In this document: one piece after another, positions 1 through 14,230 of the stretch
Layout: every line of letters begins with the position of its first letter
How positions within the stretch are numbered: the first letter of the stretch is position 1
Notes under the pieces: model-generated
Told to the model about the DNA's origin: nothing
The model's input: the letters and a program-made list of their open reading frames with translations, nothing else
Databases searched by the model: none
Translations under genes and position numbers: made by a program
Source of the DNA: the human T2T-CHM13v2.0 reference genome, Homo sapiens
NCBI RefSeq assembly: GCF_009914755.1
Contig: NC_060939.1
Reading direction: 5' to 3' (one strand)
DNA: 64,000 nucleotides

Positions 1-289
1 AACTTTAGAAAGTCCAAATGGCTACATGTAGAACATCACATATTACTGAATGTAACAATTGTATGTACACTGTTTTATAGTGTATAATGGTGAGTATTAC
101 CTATTATTGGTTTTATAAAAACAATTAACTGTAATAGAGTTGTTTTTACGTGGAAAAAAGAAAACCCCTTGTAAAGTAGGCTTGTAAACCTCATGTTACT
201 CTTCTCAAATACTGAATAATGATGTTTTCATGTTGTATTTTAAAAATGATTTATAGTAAATGAATTCTCTCAGATGGGTGGAAAAAAGA

Positions 290-440
290 GAGCATTCAAG
301 CTGGAGTTAGAAATCCCATTCTGGCACTAACTCAAAGATCTTAGCCCAAGGGAAGTCTCTCAGAGCCTGTTTTCTCCTTTGGTAAAATTAGGGGTTTGAA
401 CATGATCTCTAATGTTTTTTGAGCACAAACTGTATGATCT
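290..440 (+). mobile_element. MIR-family SINE fragment
   Basis: Degenerate MIR core: ctctcagagcctgttttctcctttggtaaaattagggg...atgatctctaa. Confidence 0.5.
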
Positions 441-1088
441 AGGTGTATGTTTAAGAATTTTATTCATTGAGTTATACTTGCTACTCACTCAGTGCTTTTT
501 GATTAAACGTTATTTTCCAACACATTTAATACATCTCCTATTTGTAACCCATAAATTTCAAACTTTTGTACATAATTAGTCTCAAGTGAAATTTCAATAC
601 ATGTTTGTTAGCATTTTCATTTGGGATTGTCAATTTGGAGACGGGGGCCAATCTAACCACTGGTTTCTATTTCCATCTTTATGTCTTAGGCCTGGTTTCT
701 TCTCACAATGGCCTTCTGTCTGGATACTGCCTCTTGAAATGGCATTAGCCAGTACCAGATTGATAGGTAGACCAGATTGTACATGCTCACATCTGGCTCT
801 GCACAAAATCTCATGAAATGAGTAATATACTCAGAAAAGATTATCTACAGGGGAAGGATGGAGACTCAGGTGAAGCACTAGGAGTTTTGCTCACTTTCAG
901 CTCTAGAATTGTGAGTGTAATAGGCAAAGTCTATCCAGGTATATTACCCTCCCTAAGGAGATCTATTAACTTGGGGCTTTATAAAGACATTTTCACTTTC
1001 AACAAATCCTTTTGAGCTTATACTCTGAAATAAAAATGGTATATAATTTACTATATGTACACATATACAGAACAAAATTTGAAGGTAT

Positions 1089-1160
1089 ATTATATGTCTT
1101 GATGTCATCTTCAATTTTCTGAAGACTGAAGTTCCATAGCCCACATGGTAAGAGCAATCC
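1089..1160 (+). repeat. 72-bp direct repeat, copy 1 (copy 2 at 1748-1819)
   Basis: 68/72 identical to 1748-1819, ungapped. Confidence 0.95.
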
Positions 1161-1235
1161 TCTCACAACTCATCTGGTCTGTATCTTTTTTCTGTGTCTC
1201 CCACATTGACCTCATCTTGATGACTCAATAGCTAC

Positions 1236-1310
1236 TTCCTCCCTCCCTCCCTTCCTCCCTTTCTTCTTGCCTCCCTTCCTTTCTCCTCTTCTCCTTCCCT
1301 TTCTCCTTCC
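1236..1310. repeat. CT-rich low-complexity (polypyrimidine) tract
   Basis: ttcctccctccctcccttcctccctttcttctt..., almost purely C/T. Confidence 0.9.
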
Positions 1311-1747
1311 AGAGATATATAAAATTGCTCTCTGTCAAGAAACAAACACAAATTATTAAAAAGAGTATAATAATTTACATACAAAAGGAGAGAAAAATAA
1401 CTGCCTCCTAAGATATTTAACTTGGGTAAGATAAGACCTGGCAAGAGATGACATTGTAATGAGTTTTGAAAAAAGCAAAGTAGGATATTTTTTCATCATG
1501 TTTTTCTAGCACACAAAAGGCATGATCTAGTGTGTATGGGGTAAAAACTGAAATAGTATAGGAGATTCACTATAATATACTTCCTTTAGTGCTATCTTCT
1601 ACTTCATCCATAGCTATATGAAACTTTGCAGGATGGCCCTGGAAGATCTGAAAGTATAACTGAAGTCTCTACCAGGGTACCTTGGGGAGGTGACTTGGTT
1701 TGTGGTTACATGTGATAACTTCACTTTAGCTCCAATGCAGATTGGAG

Positions 1748-1819
1748 ATTATATGTTTTGATGTCATCTTCAATTTTCTGAAGACTGAGGTTCCATAGCC
1801 CATGTGGTAAGAGCAATCC
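1748..1819 (+). repeat. 72-bp direct repeat, copy 2
   Basis: 68/72 identical to 1089-1160. Confidence 0.95.
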
Positions 1820-2176
1820 ACACAGATTCTACAGAACGCAGATTCTTCCGTAGAGCAGTTGGTGGCTCCTGCATTCACAACTCATTTACCTTTAAGTGTA
1901 TGATCTTCATGGTAGGGCTGCCCAGCTATTTAAATATTGACCAATACAGAGTCTAATTAGTGAGCAGATGCACAGATGGTGCTGGTATAAACACAATGGT
2001 TGACCCTGAAGTTAACTTGCATCATTCTTCATTGCATTTTAATTTGCTTTGTGATTTATGGACAATTGATTTAATTAGAGTAGAAATCTGCTAGGCAATT
2101 TCCAGGTTGCTTGAGCTATGCGTCCTGTAACATCATCTGACTATGTATATTGTCTTGTTAGTTTTAGGTTTTAAAG

Positions 2177-2934
2177 TGTTAACCAAAATAACAAACACGT
2201 AGAGATTCTCTAAAATAAAATCTATTTATTTGTGAATAAAGCATTCCAATGGGAATGCACATGCCACAGTAAACCATATGCCTATACTGAAAGATAAGGG
2301 AAGACACAGGTTTTTAAAGGAACAAATGAGGTGGGTTGCATAATTGTCTTGAAATGATTATCCCTGGCTACAAAGACCAATAACGAGGGCCATGCTGGTC
2401 TGCGGTTGGACAGGCAGTTGCTGGCTGTTTTTTTTTTTTTTTTTTTGAGACGGAGTCTCACTGTCGCCCAGGCTAGAGTGCAGTGGCATGATCTCGGCTC
2501 ACTGCAGGCTCCGCCCCCTGGGGTTCACGCCACTCTCCTGCCTCAGCCTCCCGAGTAGCTGGGACTACAGGCGCCCGCCACCACGCCCAGCTAATTTTTT
2601 GTATTTTTAGTAGAGACAGGGTTTCACCATGTTAGCCAGGATGGTCTCTATCTCCTGACTTAGTGATCCACCCGTCTTGGCCTCCCAAAGTGCTGGGATT
2701 ACAGGCGTGAGTCACCGTGTCCGGCCTTGCTGGCAGATATTTTTGTAATAGCATTTTTTTGTGTGTAAAGTTGCAATGGCCTTTTTTGCAAGGCTATAGT
2801 TTTTTTTGCAGTCTTTCCTGACAGTTTTTATCAGGCATACAAGCATGAGAACCCTCTCTTCATGGCCTTCCGCAGCTCTTTTTGCCAGGATTATTGTAAC
2901 ATTGGACTCCATTTTGATTCTCAGAACTTTCACA
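2177..2934 (-). mobile_element. 3' LTR (MER65-like), interrupted by an AluY
   Basis: Minus strand reads TGTGAAAGTTCTGAGAATCAAAATGGAGTC...AACA; shares the block caggcatacaagcatgagaaccctctcttcatggcctt with the other LTR. Confidence 0.9.
2428..2726 (-). mobile_element. AluY, Ye-lineage-like
   Basis: Full dimer with poly-T on +; AACCCCAGGGGGCGGAGCCTGCAG and a 2-bp deletion near the 3' end; TSD core ttgctggc at 2418-2425 and 2727-2734. Confidence 0.95.
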
Positions 2935-2946
2935 TTTCCCCCTTTT
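2935..2946 (-). other. Polypurine tract of the provirus
   Basis: AAAAGGGGGAAA on the minus strand immediately before the TG of the 3' LTR. Confidence 0.85.
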
Positions 2947-5441
2947 GATCAAGATCTTTCTCCAAAAGCATCACTGATCAATCATTCTGTATTTAGGTTT
3001 TGATGTTTCTTGATGCCAGGATGGACCTGTCTAGTTGCTGGTCTTGTCCTACATTGAGGGGAGTGCTTGGCAACTAAAAGCCAGTGTCAAAAGTTTTTAG
3101 CCACATTTAGGCAACAAGGGAGGCTTGAAGAGAATGGCTGTCGGACTAAGGCTACCTGGAATCCATTATTAAATTCAGTTTTGTCTGTTCTATAGTCATT
3201 TGTTATCATCTCAAAGTGCTGGGGCAGCATTGTTTTGTTAGGAGTTGTACTTCTGCAAAACATTTAACAAGTAACAGATACAAAGTTTAAAAAGGGAAAA
3301 TGCAAAGTAAAATTAATAGTCATATGACAATTCTAGTTTGCATAATGGTTTTGAGTCATGAATTTAGGCTTAAGGACAACCGATTGAATAAATCAAATCA
3401 TGATAGGGAATTAGTTAAGACTTGTAACCATGTAGCCTGTGTTCTTATTTTGTGTGTATGAGTCTCAACTTTTCCACAGCAATTTATCCAGGTACAGCAT
3501 GTAGTACTAGCAATAGTACAGACATTTTCTTATTTAACCAATCGATACTAAAGTATGTCTTAGGTTTTCTGAAGTTACCAGCAGAAGCCATTGATTGTGA
3601 AACTTTGATTGTACCATTACCCTGCCAAATGAAAAAGATAGCATTAAGAAGGGTAAAAGTCTCATTATGACATGGAGTCTTATCCCAACATGTTGGGAGA
3701 CTCTGTTTACCACATGAAAACAACATCTCCTCCTGATTTGTAGTTTGAATGTCTCTGGTCGTCGCATTGGGCTGTGTGGTGAAATTTTGTGTGCCCCATA
3801 CAAGAGGCACAAGGCTTGTTCCTTAAAACTTGTCTAGTTTCAGTTTATAAGGCTGTAGGAACAGAAATTTTTTGTTGTTTTCACTTGGAGAGTTGTAGCC
3901 AAATATTGGAGAAAATTAGAATTCAGGAACTAGTCCTGTCTACAAGTAGATAACAAGCACTTGAAAATAATGCATAGGGCTACAATCTAATAACGGGTGT
4001 ATTATAGTTCTTTTACTTATTTTTTTTAGAAATCTAACTTTTTCTTTCCACATTGATCATATAAGAATCTCAGATTTAAAAACCTAGGAAGCCAAACCAA
4101 GATAGATTTTAGATTTTGCTCACAGTGATAAGGTTCTTGGGCCTGCCAGGAAGTGACAAATTTACTCACTCACTCTAAGGCCAGGAACTCTTGAAGCCAG
4201 GCATTTTATGCACGGTCTTAAATATGACATTTTAGTCAAAGCCTTGTTAATATGGCCAGTGTTTCCAGTTATATCCTCCCCATAAAGAGACAGCATATTT
4301 TTCATTAAACTTATGTAGTAAAAATAAGAATACTCAAGAATAGTTTCTGAATTTTAGAAGAGTCAAGCAGAGAGAAAAAGCAAGTACTTTGACCTTTATT
4401 TATAAAAGTATACTTTGCCAAATTGTTTTAAATTATAGCTTATGGGAAAAAAGTTTTCTTAGATCTGGAAAACCAAACATTTAAATAAGGAATGAAAAAT
4501 GTTTTAAATAAAAGTCAGTAAAACATCTTTATCAAATACTTAATTTTATGTAATCAATTTTTTGTTTAATCTTGATTAGCAGTTTCATAAACCCATCAGT
4601 TTATTTATTAGAATTCTGGAAATTTATATTTAGTCCATTGGTGTTAAAGTGATCAGAAATCTGTCTTCAAGAGTACTTGTTAGAATGTTTTCCATAAAAT
4701 ACAATTTTGGACTATAGATGCTTTTAAAGAAGAATTCAAATAATAACTGTGAATAAAAAGACTTAGTCATGGTTAAAAATCTGATGAATGTTCCCAATTG
4801 ACAAGGACACTTAGATGTTTCTAATACATATAGCATTTTAAGATAAAAACCAGAATCATGACTGACGGTGTCACATCAGGACTATCAGACCTTTTTAGTT
4901 CTCACATAATCTTTAGAATAAATTAATAACATATCCATCCCAATACCATTTTACAAAAAAACAAAAATATGACTGATAATCTATTAGATATTAATAAACA
5001 TATATAATTTTTGGAACATTTGTATATTGACATACCCATAAATGTAGTGGAAAGAAAATCTAGTATTACTTATTGTTTGACAATGTTTTCCATATAATTT
5101 ATCAAATAAGCCGAATCATTTAACATCTCTGCAAGATGAGAGATACATTCTTTGATACTCTCAGGGGCACAACTAGAAAATCCCAAAGTTAATTTTAGGC
5201 CCCAAATACTTAATTTAGGATTTTGATACTGGGAAAACCTGCCAAAGATGTCAAGATGATCAAAGCACTTGATCAAAACAGAATCACAGGTCACCGTAAA
5301 TAAAAGCCATTTATTTAACCAGAGTGATATTAAAAAGACTTCAGAAGCAATACAGAAAGTTACGTGGTTATAAAAGTCTTAATTCTGCTAAAGCTCAGTT
5401 TCCGTAAAGACAACACAGGAAATTGTCTTGATGAAACAAAG

Positions 5442-5443
<2 letters not shown>

Positions 5444-5470
<27 letters not shown>
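5444..5470. repeat. poly(T) run, 27 nt
   Basis: Direct reading. Confidence 0.95.
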
Positions 5471-5477
<7 letters not shown>

Positions 5478-7339
5478 AGGCCAGTTACCAGAAAGGAAAA
5501 GAAAAGCTTTGTACACCGTGATTGCTTCTCTTTATGGTAAGCCCATTTAGATGTCCAACCCTATGCAAAGGGTACTTGAATTTAATCAGACACAGAAAGA
5601 CTGTGTCTAGGGTTATGCATAGACACTATGTCATAGAGGAAAGTAAACAAGAAAACTAGACCTTGAGCAGGAGAATACATGGCTCTTAGTTAACAGCATG
5701 GGAAGTTTTCTCATTACATAGAACAATTCAGGTTTATCAAGAAAAGCCAAGAGTACATGATCAACTTATACTGGAAGAAAATACTGCACTTCTAGGCCTT
5801 TAATATAAACATTTCGGCATGAGGCTGTGAAAGTAGAGTTGAAACCAGAGAGAAAGAGTTACAGGAGTTGATGAAAAGGCAGAAGGAGAAAGTTATCACC
5901 CAGCCAAGTAAAAAGATATATCTTTTTAAGGGGATGGAGGAAGACAGCTGAATTTTCAACATGAAATAAGGGAAATTAAAAATATCTCAGGAAGAAATGT
6001 GGCAGAAATAAAAACTGCCTGTAGTTTAGAAGATGGCTGTCAAAGAAAGAGTTTTCAGAATTAAACATCAAACCTTCTTGCAATTTTATTAAAAGCAAAT
6101 CAATACTTTAAGAAAACCTCATTGTTCTAGCATAGGGGATCTTTTTGTAAGTGTTGTATTAATGTCTTTTTAACATCAAAGCTAATCTTCAGAAAGAAAG
6201 AAGTAAATAATTATCTTTTAATTATAACCAACTGAATCACAAACACAATTCCTTTCATAAATTTCATTTTCACATACCCTATCACAACTTACTCAGGACT
6301 TTCTGCTTTATCCTTTACTTTCTCTTTCTTAAGTACCCAGTCATTTTACTTTAGGACACAAATGTACAACATGAGGTTCTTTGTCATATACAAGTATACT
6401 CTCTTTTTTTAAACCTTCCTTACCGAAAATACATCATTATAGTCATAACTTTCTTCACATCTCTCTCTCTCCTCCTTGCTGCTTTATTTCTAGTCTGTGC
6501 CTTTTAAAACGACCTTTAAATAATTTCTGAATTAGACAAAATTATTATTTTTTTGAAAAAGAACACATCTTTATGCCATTCTTAAAGCTTTTTCTCATCC
6601 AAAACACATATTTAGAAATGACTCACACATTTAATGAATATCTATTTAATTTAACATAATATAACATATCTTCAAAGTTTCATATTACATGACGAGTTCA
6701 TTTATAGATATTTATACTATTTACATTCTCCTAATTTATTTATTTTTAGCAGTTTACCTAGATTGTTTATGAGAACTAAGAGGTTAGGCAAAGTTAGTCA
6801 CCATTTCAAGTTACTTCCCTATTAACAATTTTTATAGCATGTGAATATCAGATGTTCACCTAAGTAAGAACCTTAAAGTTAAAAATATGGGTATCTTGCT
6901 GCTACCTCAGGAGATACAGCTGTTTTAATTAAACCAGCAATATTAAATTAGTTTTACCCATAAAAATTACATAAACAAAGATAATTCTGTTTTAGACTGG
7001 GTTTTTATAGTTTTATAAACTTTGAATCAAAGTCTGGTAGCTTGAAACATCTAACAGAGACAGATATAAAACTTACTGATCAATAAACCCAGGCAAAAAA
7101 GTATGCTGACAATTTTGAAGATTTCTATTTGTATTTTACCAATAATTTAAAAACCAGCTTATTATTAAATATTTTCTTAAGTCATGTGAACTAAAAAGAC
7201 TTTGAGTTAATTATTATATATCTTATATTTTATGTGAGTGCTCATTTGTCTAAATAGAATTCCTTAAGTGATTTCTGTATGACTACACCAGTTTTTATCA
7301 TGTAGACACAATATATGACATATGGGTAAATACATATAA

Positions 7340-7382
7340 ACACACACACACACATATATATGTGGAGAGAGAGACACACACA
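7340..7382. repeat. Compound (CA)n/(TA)n/(GA)n microsatellite
   Basis: acacacacacacacatatatatgtggagagagagacacacaca. Confidence 0.85.
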
Positions 7383-9024
7383 AAGATTTTATAGCTTTCA
7401 TTTTAGAGTTTTAGTAATAAGATGGTAATTATAAACTCACCAGTTTATAAAAGACAATTGGATCCAAATTATATTTCTGACAAAATTTATGCCCATTCAC
7501 ATGGCTAGAATTTATTTGCCCTGATCGGGACTCTAATGAAGGCTGTGAACCAAAATTTTGGGTAAAGCAGTTTCCATGTTAGTTTGATTTTTAAAAATCT
7601 CTTTTACTCTTTCCCTACCACTCCTTTTTTTTTCAAATGAGCTTATGGTTAAATTTCAAATTATTTACATTTTAGTTAGGACTGGCTGAATTGTACAACA
7701 AAAACAATATTTTCAAGTAGCCTTGAACTGGTAACAAATATATCTTTTGTTTGCTGGTCTGGCTTGATTAATTAGCAAATGTGGGAGGGGAAAATTTTTA
7801 GTAGTTTTTTTCCTGGCTTTTTCTTTTTGGCCTCTGTATTGTGGAAAAAGCAAAATTTTTATGCTGGACAGAGATACCTTATATTATAGCTCTGAGCCCA
7901 AGATTTTGATCTGTTTGATCTGAGAGCCTGACTTTTGTAAACATTTATCTACTTATTTTTCTTTTTAGATTATTAAGTTTTAAATTACCTGTTTTGTCAT
8001 CGTACACAATTGTTAGTCAGTCAAACCTAAATTTGTATTTCTAAAAGGTATCTAGGTTGTTGGTTACCATAGAGCTGTTGTAATTTGTAAAGCCATGAAT
8101 GTGAAAGGCCTTTAAGATTTCTTTTTTTTAAAATCTTGGCTGAAATGCCATAAGCAGTGAGTTTTATCTCAACACCAGTCAAAGAGTCAGCAGATTCAAA
8201 GTGGGCAGAAAAAAATAGATGAGAATTTAGAAAACGCTACATGTTAACTCCATAATTGCAGGTTTTTAGTATAATGACCATTTGAGCTCTGAATTTTCTT
8301 TGATGTAGTTTTGCCCATTGGTTTAAAAATGGGCACAAGAACAGACCATAATATGTACCTGACAGGAGTTGTGGAAAACCTGGCATGCCTTAGTGTTTGA
8401 GAATCCCATTCCATTTCTTATTAATCTCTCAAAAGCAATGAAAATCTCATAAGTCCTTTCAGAGAATGTCAGGGTTTGGACTGACATTCTAGATGGTGGC
8501 AGTCACCCTAGTGGCTTTTAATTAGCCATCCTGCACTCAGCATTTAGAATGTTTATTTTTGCTCCTGGGATATTTTCAGAAATAAGCAAGGGAAAAGAGC
8601 CAAACCAAATCAAAAGAAACCAAGATGAGAGTGTTTGGAAAGTTTTAACCCACGTATGCAGATTGAACAAAATATTAAACTGGTGTGCAAACCAGATAAG
8701 AGATGACCCACAGACAGAATGTAAATTTTGTAGAAACCAAGATTACTCTATCCCCTGAGTCACTCGTCTTTATTCCAGAAAGGACAAAAAGCTTTTTATT
8801 ATCGCAGAAGGGATGCATGGTCCTTTATTAAGGTGCCCTTATCCAAACCAGATCCCAAATAATATAAAAAAATCCTCTACCAAAAAGAGGGAGGGTAAAT
8901 CAGACTGAAGACTCAGCAGGGCAGAAAAGGCTAGCCATGGAAGCAGGGAGGTCAAAAGGCTCAAGTGAGTACTGGGCATTGCTTCCAGGAATCACCGATT
9001 CCTTTCAATAGTGATATTTTTCAG

Positions 9025-9042
9025 GTCCCATTTCTGATACCA
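9025..9042 (-). other. Primer-binding site, tRNA-Leu(CAA)-like
   Basis: + strand gtcccatttctgatacca resembles the tRNA-Leu(CAA) 3' end atcccacttctgacacca (15/18 from memory), 4 nt from the LTR. Confidence 0.75.
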
Positions 9043-9046
9043 TGTA

Positions 9047-9492
9047 CATCAACCTAAACAATGAACAGAGAGAGGCTCTCTAAAATAAAAGATATTTATT
9101 AGGAAATAAAGAATTGCAGTGGAAATACACATGCCATGGTAAACTATGTGCATATTCAGAAAGGTATATGGAGATAAAGGCATTTAAAGGAAAAACTCAA
9201 GAGGATTGGATAACTGTTTTCAAATAATTGTCCTTGGCTACAAAGACCCATAACAAGGATGACACCAGTCTGAGGTTGTACAAGCAGTTGCTAGGCAGAT
9301 GTCTTTGCAGAAGCATTTTTTATGTAAGGTTGTGATGGCAGTTTGTGCAGGGTTGTGGTTTTTGCAGTCTGTGATAGTTTTTGATATCAGGCATACAAGC
9401 ATGAGAACCCTCTCTTCATGGCCTTTCCCAGCTCTGCTTGTCAGGGTTTTCTTAACATCAGTGACTCTATTTTGGTGGAGACAACTTTCACA
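9047..9492 (-). mobile_element. 5' LTR (MER65-like)
   Basis: Collinear with 2177-2934 once the Alu is removed; ends ...aactttcaca on +, followed by the TSD aaag. Confidence 0.9.
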
Positions 9493-9699
9493 AAAGTGTT
9501 GTCTTTGAGTAATATTTTAGAAAATAGAAAACCCTCCCCTGCCAGTTAATTGAATAAAAGTAGCTGATGCTCTATCAAGAGAATTAGACATCAAAAGAAT
9601 TAGACTTTTGGGCTGTGATAGACTTGTAACAAAGTAGAAATGACTACAAGTATTATCCTCCCCAAAACAAGAACATTGTATCTAGAATTTAAGTACTTA

Positions 9700-9800
9700 T
9701 ATTGTGGTTCTGGATTTTAATAACTAACTGTGTGTGCAAACTCACCTAACCTATCTGGCATCCTGCTCCTCATATGTAAAATATGAGTTACACTACATCA
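9700..9800 (+). mobile_element. MIR fragment
   Basis: actaactgtgtg...ctcacctaacctatctgg...cctcatatgtaaaat core. Confidence 0.55.
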
Positions 9801-9878
9801 GTGCAACTCCCAAGCGTTTTTCTCCCAAAAAGCTTGAAAGTAGTCTTTAAATAAAATTGCAAGATGAAAATAATGTTA

Positions 9879-10494
<616 letters not shown>

Positions 10495-10794
10495 TTAGAT
10501 GGGTTACTTAGTATTTAGCCTTCTATCACCTTCAAACTACGAAATTCTACCTCTAATCCTCCCATGTGTAAGAAGACACCTCATGAGAACACATCATTCT
10601 CTGAGATAGTGATTTATTTCTCACATGTTGACAATCCTGAAAAAAAAAATCTCTTATGGTCTGAAGCTGGCATATTGTAGTTTTAAGCAGAGACCCCAAA
10701 GTAATCCCATTTCTGGGTGATTTCATTAACCACTTGCAGTGACTTTCCTGATCTGGAGATGATTTTCTACCAGAATCGGAAGTACTCATTCCTT

Positions 10795-11400
10795 TGGTAT
10801 TTATTTAGTGTCTTCCATATGCCAGGCATATGCTCAGTGCAAGATAGAAAGCTCTTTGTCTTCAAGGAAGTTAGGGTGTAGAGTGGGAGACTGCCATTCA
10901 AACTAACAATTCCCATTCATGATGATGAGTTCCACTGAGGTCTGCACAAGGTGCTACTAGAAAGATGGGGAAGTAAGCCAACACAGCCTAGTGGGGGCAC
11001 TGGGGAAGCCTTCTTTGAGTGGAAGATGATGCCTGAGTAGGCATAGGAGGAGGAAGAAAAGTGTTCTAGGCAGAGGAAACAGCACTTGGGAAAACAGAGA
11101 GTCAAGAAAAAGTAAAAGGAGTTGAGGATCTCCAAGTATTTTGCAATGGCTAGAGGATCAACCCCATGTGTGTGGGCTGAAAACAAGGCTAAAGAGGTTG
11201 GTAGAGCCTCCCTCATGTGCTGTGATCAAGGAGTTAAACTTTATCCCAAAGGCTGTGGAAAATCTCTAATGGAGTGTAAGTAGGGGAAAAACAAAATACA
11301 GACATGTGTGTTGGAAAGCTCTGTCAACAAGATGGAGTATAGACTATGGTGGGGGATGATGGGAAGAGACAGGTAAGGAATGAACCTAGAGGGCTGGGGA
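10795..11400 (-). mobile_element. L2 3' region fragment
   Basis: tatttatttagtg...atatgccaggcatatgct and ttctaggcagaggaaacagcac, typical antisense L2 motifs. Confidence 0.7.
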
Positions 11401-11599
11401 TTAGTGACAAGATTGGCCCAACGAAGGAGTAATCAATGTCAGATGGAAGACCATGGCCTTTAATTGCTGTTGAAAAACCCTTTCATTCCTTAATAAGCCC
11501 TATTTGTCATGGTACATTTTTTCGTGTTCTGTATTTACCTATGTTATATTAGAGACTTTTACATTGTCATTAACTAGCAAAATTGATCTGAATTTGGAA

Positions 11600-14230
11600 A
11601 GTGTATTTCTTTTCTATGCTTTGAAAGGGTTGAAATAATACCACATTATTTGTTCTTTAGAGATTTGGAAAAAAAAGCTTTTGAATCTTTTTTGACCTAG
11701 TTTTCTTGGGTGTAGGATGTGTGGGGAGTAGTTGTTCTTTGACTTAGAAGAGAAAGATGATAAATCTATAGTCATGAAATAAATCAAGAATACTTTCAAT
11801 TTGGATGTTATAATTTCCTAGAAAATATTTATTTCATCTAGAAATTCAAAATTATTTTTATAGAGTTTTTACAAAGTACTCATAATTCTTTTTAATATCT
11901 TATGCAGATGAGGTTTCTTTCTCCCTTTAGTCTCATTGTTATTATTTGTGTTTGTGCCTTCTCCTTTTTAATTTTTGTTTAGGCTAACTGCTGATTTATG
12001 TATATTACTTCCCCCGCCAAGAATCGCCTTTTGGTTATATTGATAAATTCTACTTTCTGTCTTCTGTTTTATAACATATGCATTTCTTTTTATTGTAAAT
12101 AATGTTTTCCTTCTGCTCTCCTTAGGTTTAATTCCTTTTAAATTATTGAGTTGAATTCTTATTTAGTAATATTTAGTAATATAAGTATAGAACTTCAATT
12201 TTTCTACTGTTAACAGCTTTAGCTGTTTACTATGGTTTATTATTAACTGAGTGCATTTAATATTATTATTTTCTAGATATTCTGCAACTTTGGAGCCAAT
12301 AACAGAATCATGAACTAAATAAATTGTTAGAGAATGAGTTAGCATTTTCAGGTGATTCATTTTGTTACTCATTTCTACTTTTATTGCATTATAACCAGAC
12401 AGCATGGTCATTACTATTATTACAATTTGTTTTTTGAGGTTTATTTTGTGCCCAATATATAGCCAAGTTTTTGTAAATATTTTTACAAGTATTTGAAAAC
12501 AGTTCTATACTCTTTTTAAGGATGTGGAATTATAAAAATGTAATTTAATGAATTAGATTCTAGATTCTTTATATCCTCACTAAATTTTTGAGTATTTAAC
12601 CTATTTGAGGTTGAGAGAAATAAATCAAAATCCTCCTCTATTTGAAGAATTCTCATTAAATTTTCTGCATTTTACACTTTATGTATTCTTATGTTATAAT
12701 AATTAGAATGTAAAATGTAACATTAGTGATGTCTTCATTGATATCACTAGATTGAATGTTTTTGTGATGATAAACTGTGCTTTGGCCTTGTTTAATATAT
12801 TTTTTGCCTTGAATTCTGTCTGGCAAAGACGTAAATAAGTGCAAAAAAGAATAGTAATATGAATAATTTTACCTATAACCTTTATGAATGACTATTTGAA
12901 TAATATAAAGCATACAGCTAGTTTTTGTTTATTCAATCCAATTTGATAATTTTTGATGAATTTATTGTATTTACACATACACATGTAACATACATATTAC
13001 ATTCATAACGTGTGTTTCAATCCTGTCATCTTAGGGGTTTTCTCTTTCTAATGCTTCCATAGTTTTCCATCTTCAATCTCCCATCTTTGGTTATATGGTT
13101 TATGTCTTCTTTATTTTGGTTCTGTTGCTCCCCTTCTACTGACATTTTGAGAGATTTGTAATCTGGTTTTTAGTTCCTCTGGGGGTCACTGTTATGACTG
13201 TAAATATTTTTTAAGGCTAGCTCTATTGACTCCTTGCTATGAAATACAGGGAAATAAATGCCCTTGTTCATCCATCACCCATATCTCACTACCTTGCTTT
13301 TTAATTTCTTTATTTTCACAATGTCAAAGTTTACAAAACATATTAAATGTTGTAAAATTCTAATGGCTCCATTGTTCACCGCCAGTCCTTAAATATCAAA
13401 GCTTCCCCATTTCTGGTTCTTTACTTTGGGTCATCTTTTGGCTGGCTGGGGCTCATTCTGTATCCGTTTTTCTCATGAGGGCTTATGGTTGTTAGGTCCT
13501 GACTGCATATGCATGTCTAAGGACCGTATTTATGGCTGATAATTGGTTGGCCTGAAATTGTTGGGGTACGGTTATGTCTTCCGAAGACTCTGTAAACATT
13601 GCCCTGGAATTGAATATTCTGTGGATGTATCATGCTAACACAGTGTTTCTATTTTCATCATTGCTCCTTACCCAAAGATCCTTTAATATTACAGATATGC
13701 TCTATATTTATTTATATATTATGGTCCTCTAGAAGGCCACAAACTATTATAATATCTAATATTATTTTCATTCCCCCAATAATAAATTTTTGTCCCCTTG
13801 AAGGCAATATCATCCCTCTTGAGAATGAATGTAGTAACCTGATGACCCTTATCCTCTTGTAAGTGACTACTTTTTCCGTGTAGATAGTGGATTTATTTTT
13901 TTCTGCAAATTTTCTTAATTCATAGTGTGTTTTTTTGCGACTGCAGATTTAGGGCTTTCTTTTATCTCTGCCAACTTTTATTGTATTTTGAACTTTTTTC
14001 AGGGCTTATTTATTCCATTCTCTTATCGAAAAATAACAATTCTATATTAGGTAACTGCTTTCATCTTCCACATCTCTAATCTTCTCTTTGTCATCTTCTT
14101 TTGTCCTTTTTCCCCCATTTTGCCTAATTGTCTCAAAAAGTACACATCATTGCATTTCAGATATATATTTTTTCTTTCTTGCTGCTTTTAATGGTTTTTA
14201 AAATTTGGGTAGTAGTTTTATTATCTTCTA
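11600..14230 (-). mobile_element. Highly decayed old L1 (L1M/L1ME-type), ORF2 to ORF1 region; may extend to about 14900
   Basis: T-rich block with antisense L1M motifs (tttcctagaaaatatttatttcatcta, ttgcattataaccaga, tttttgccttgaattc). Confidence 0.65.

Larger units (their letters stand above)
2177..9492 (-). mobile_element. Two-LTR non-autonomous class I ERV provirus (MER65/MER4-group-like)
   Basis: Two homologous LTRs of about 446 bp; 4-bp TSD aaag at 2173-2176 and 9493-9496; PPT at 2935-2946; PBS at 9025-9042; AT-rich interior with no long ORF. Confidence 0.9.

Noticed and set aside
9025-9042. tRNA-like sequence
   Set aside because: Only the 18-nt retroviral PBS; no tRNA body.
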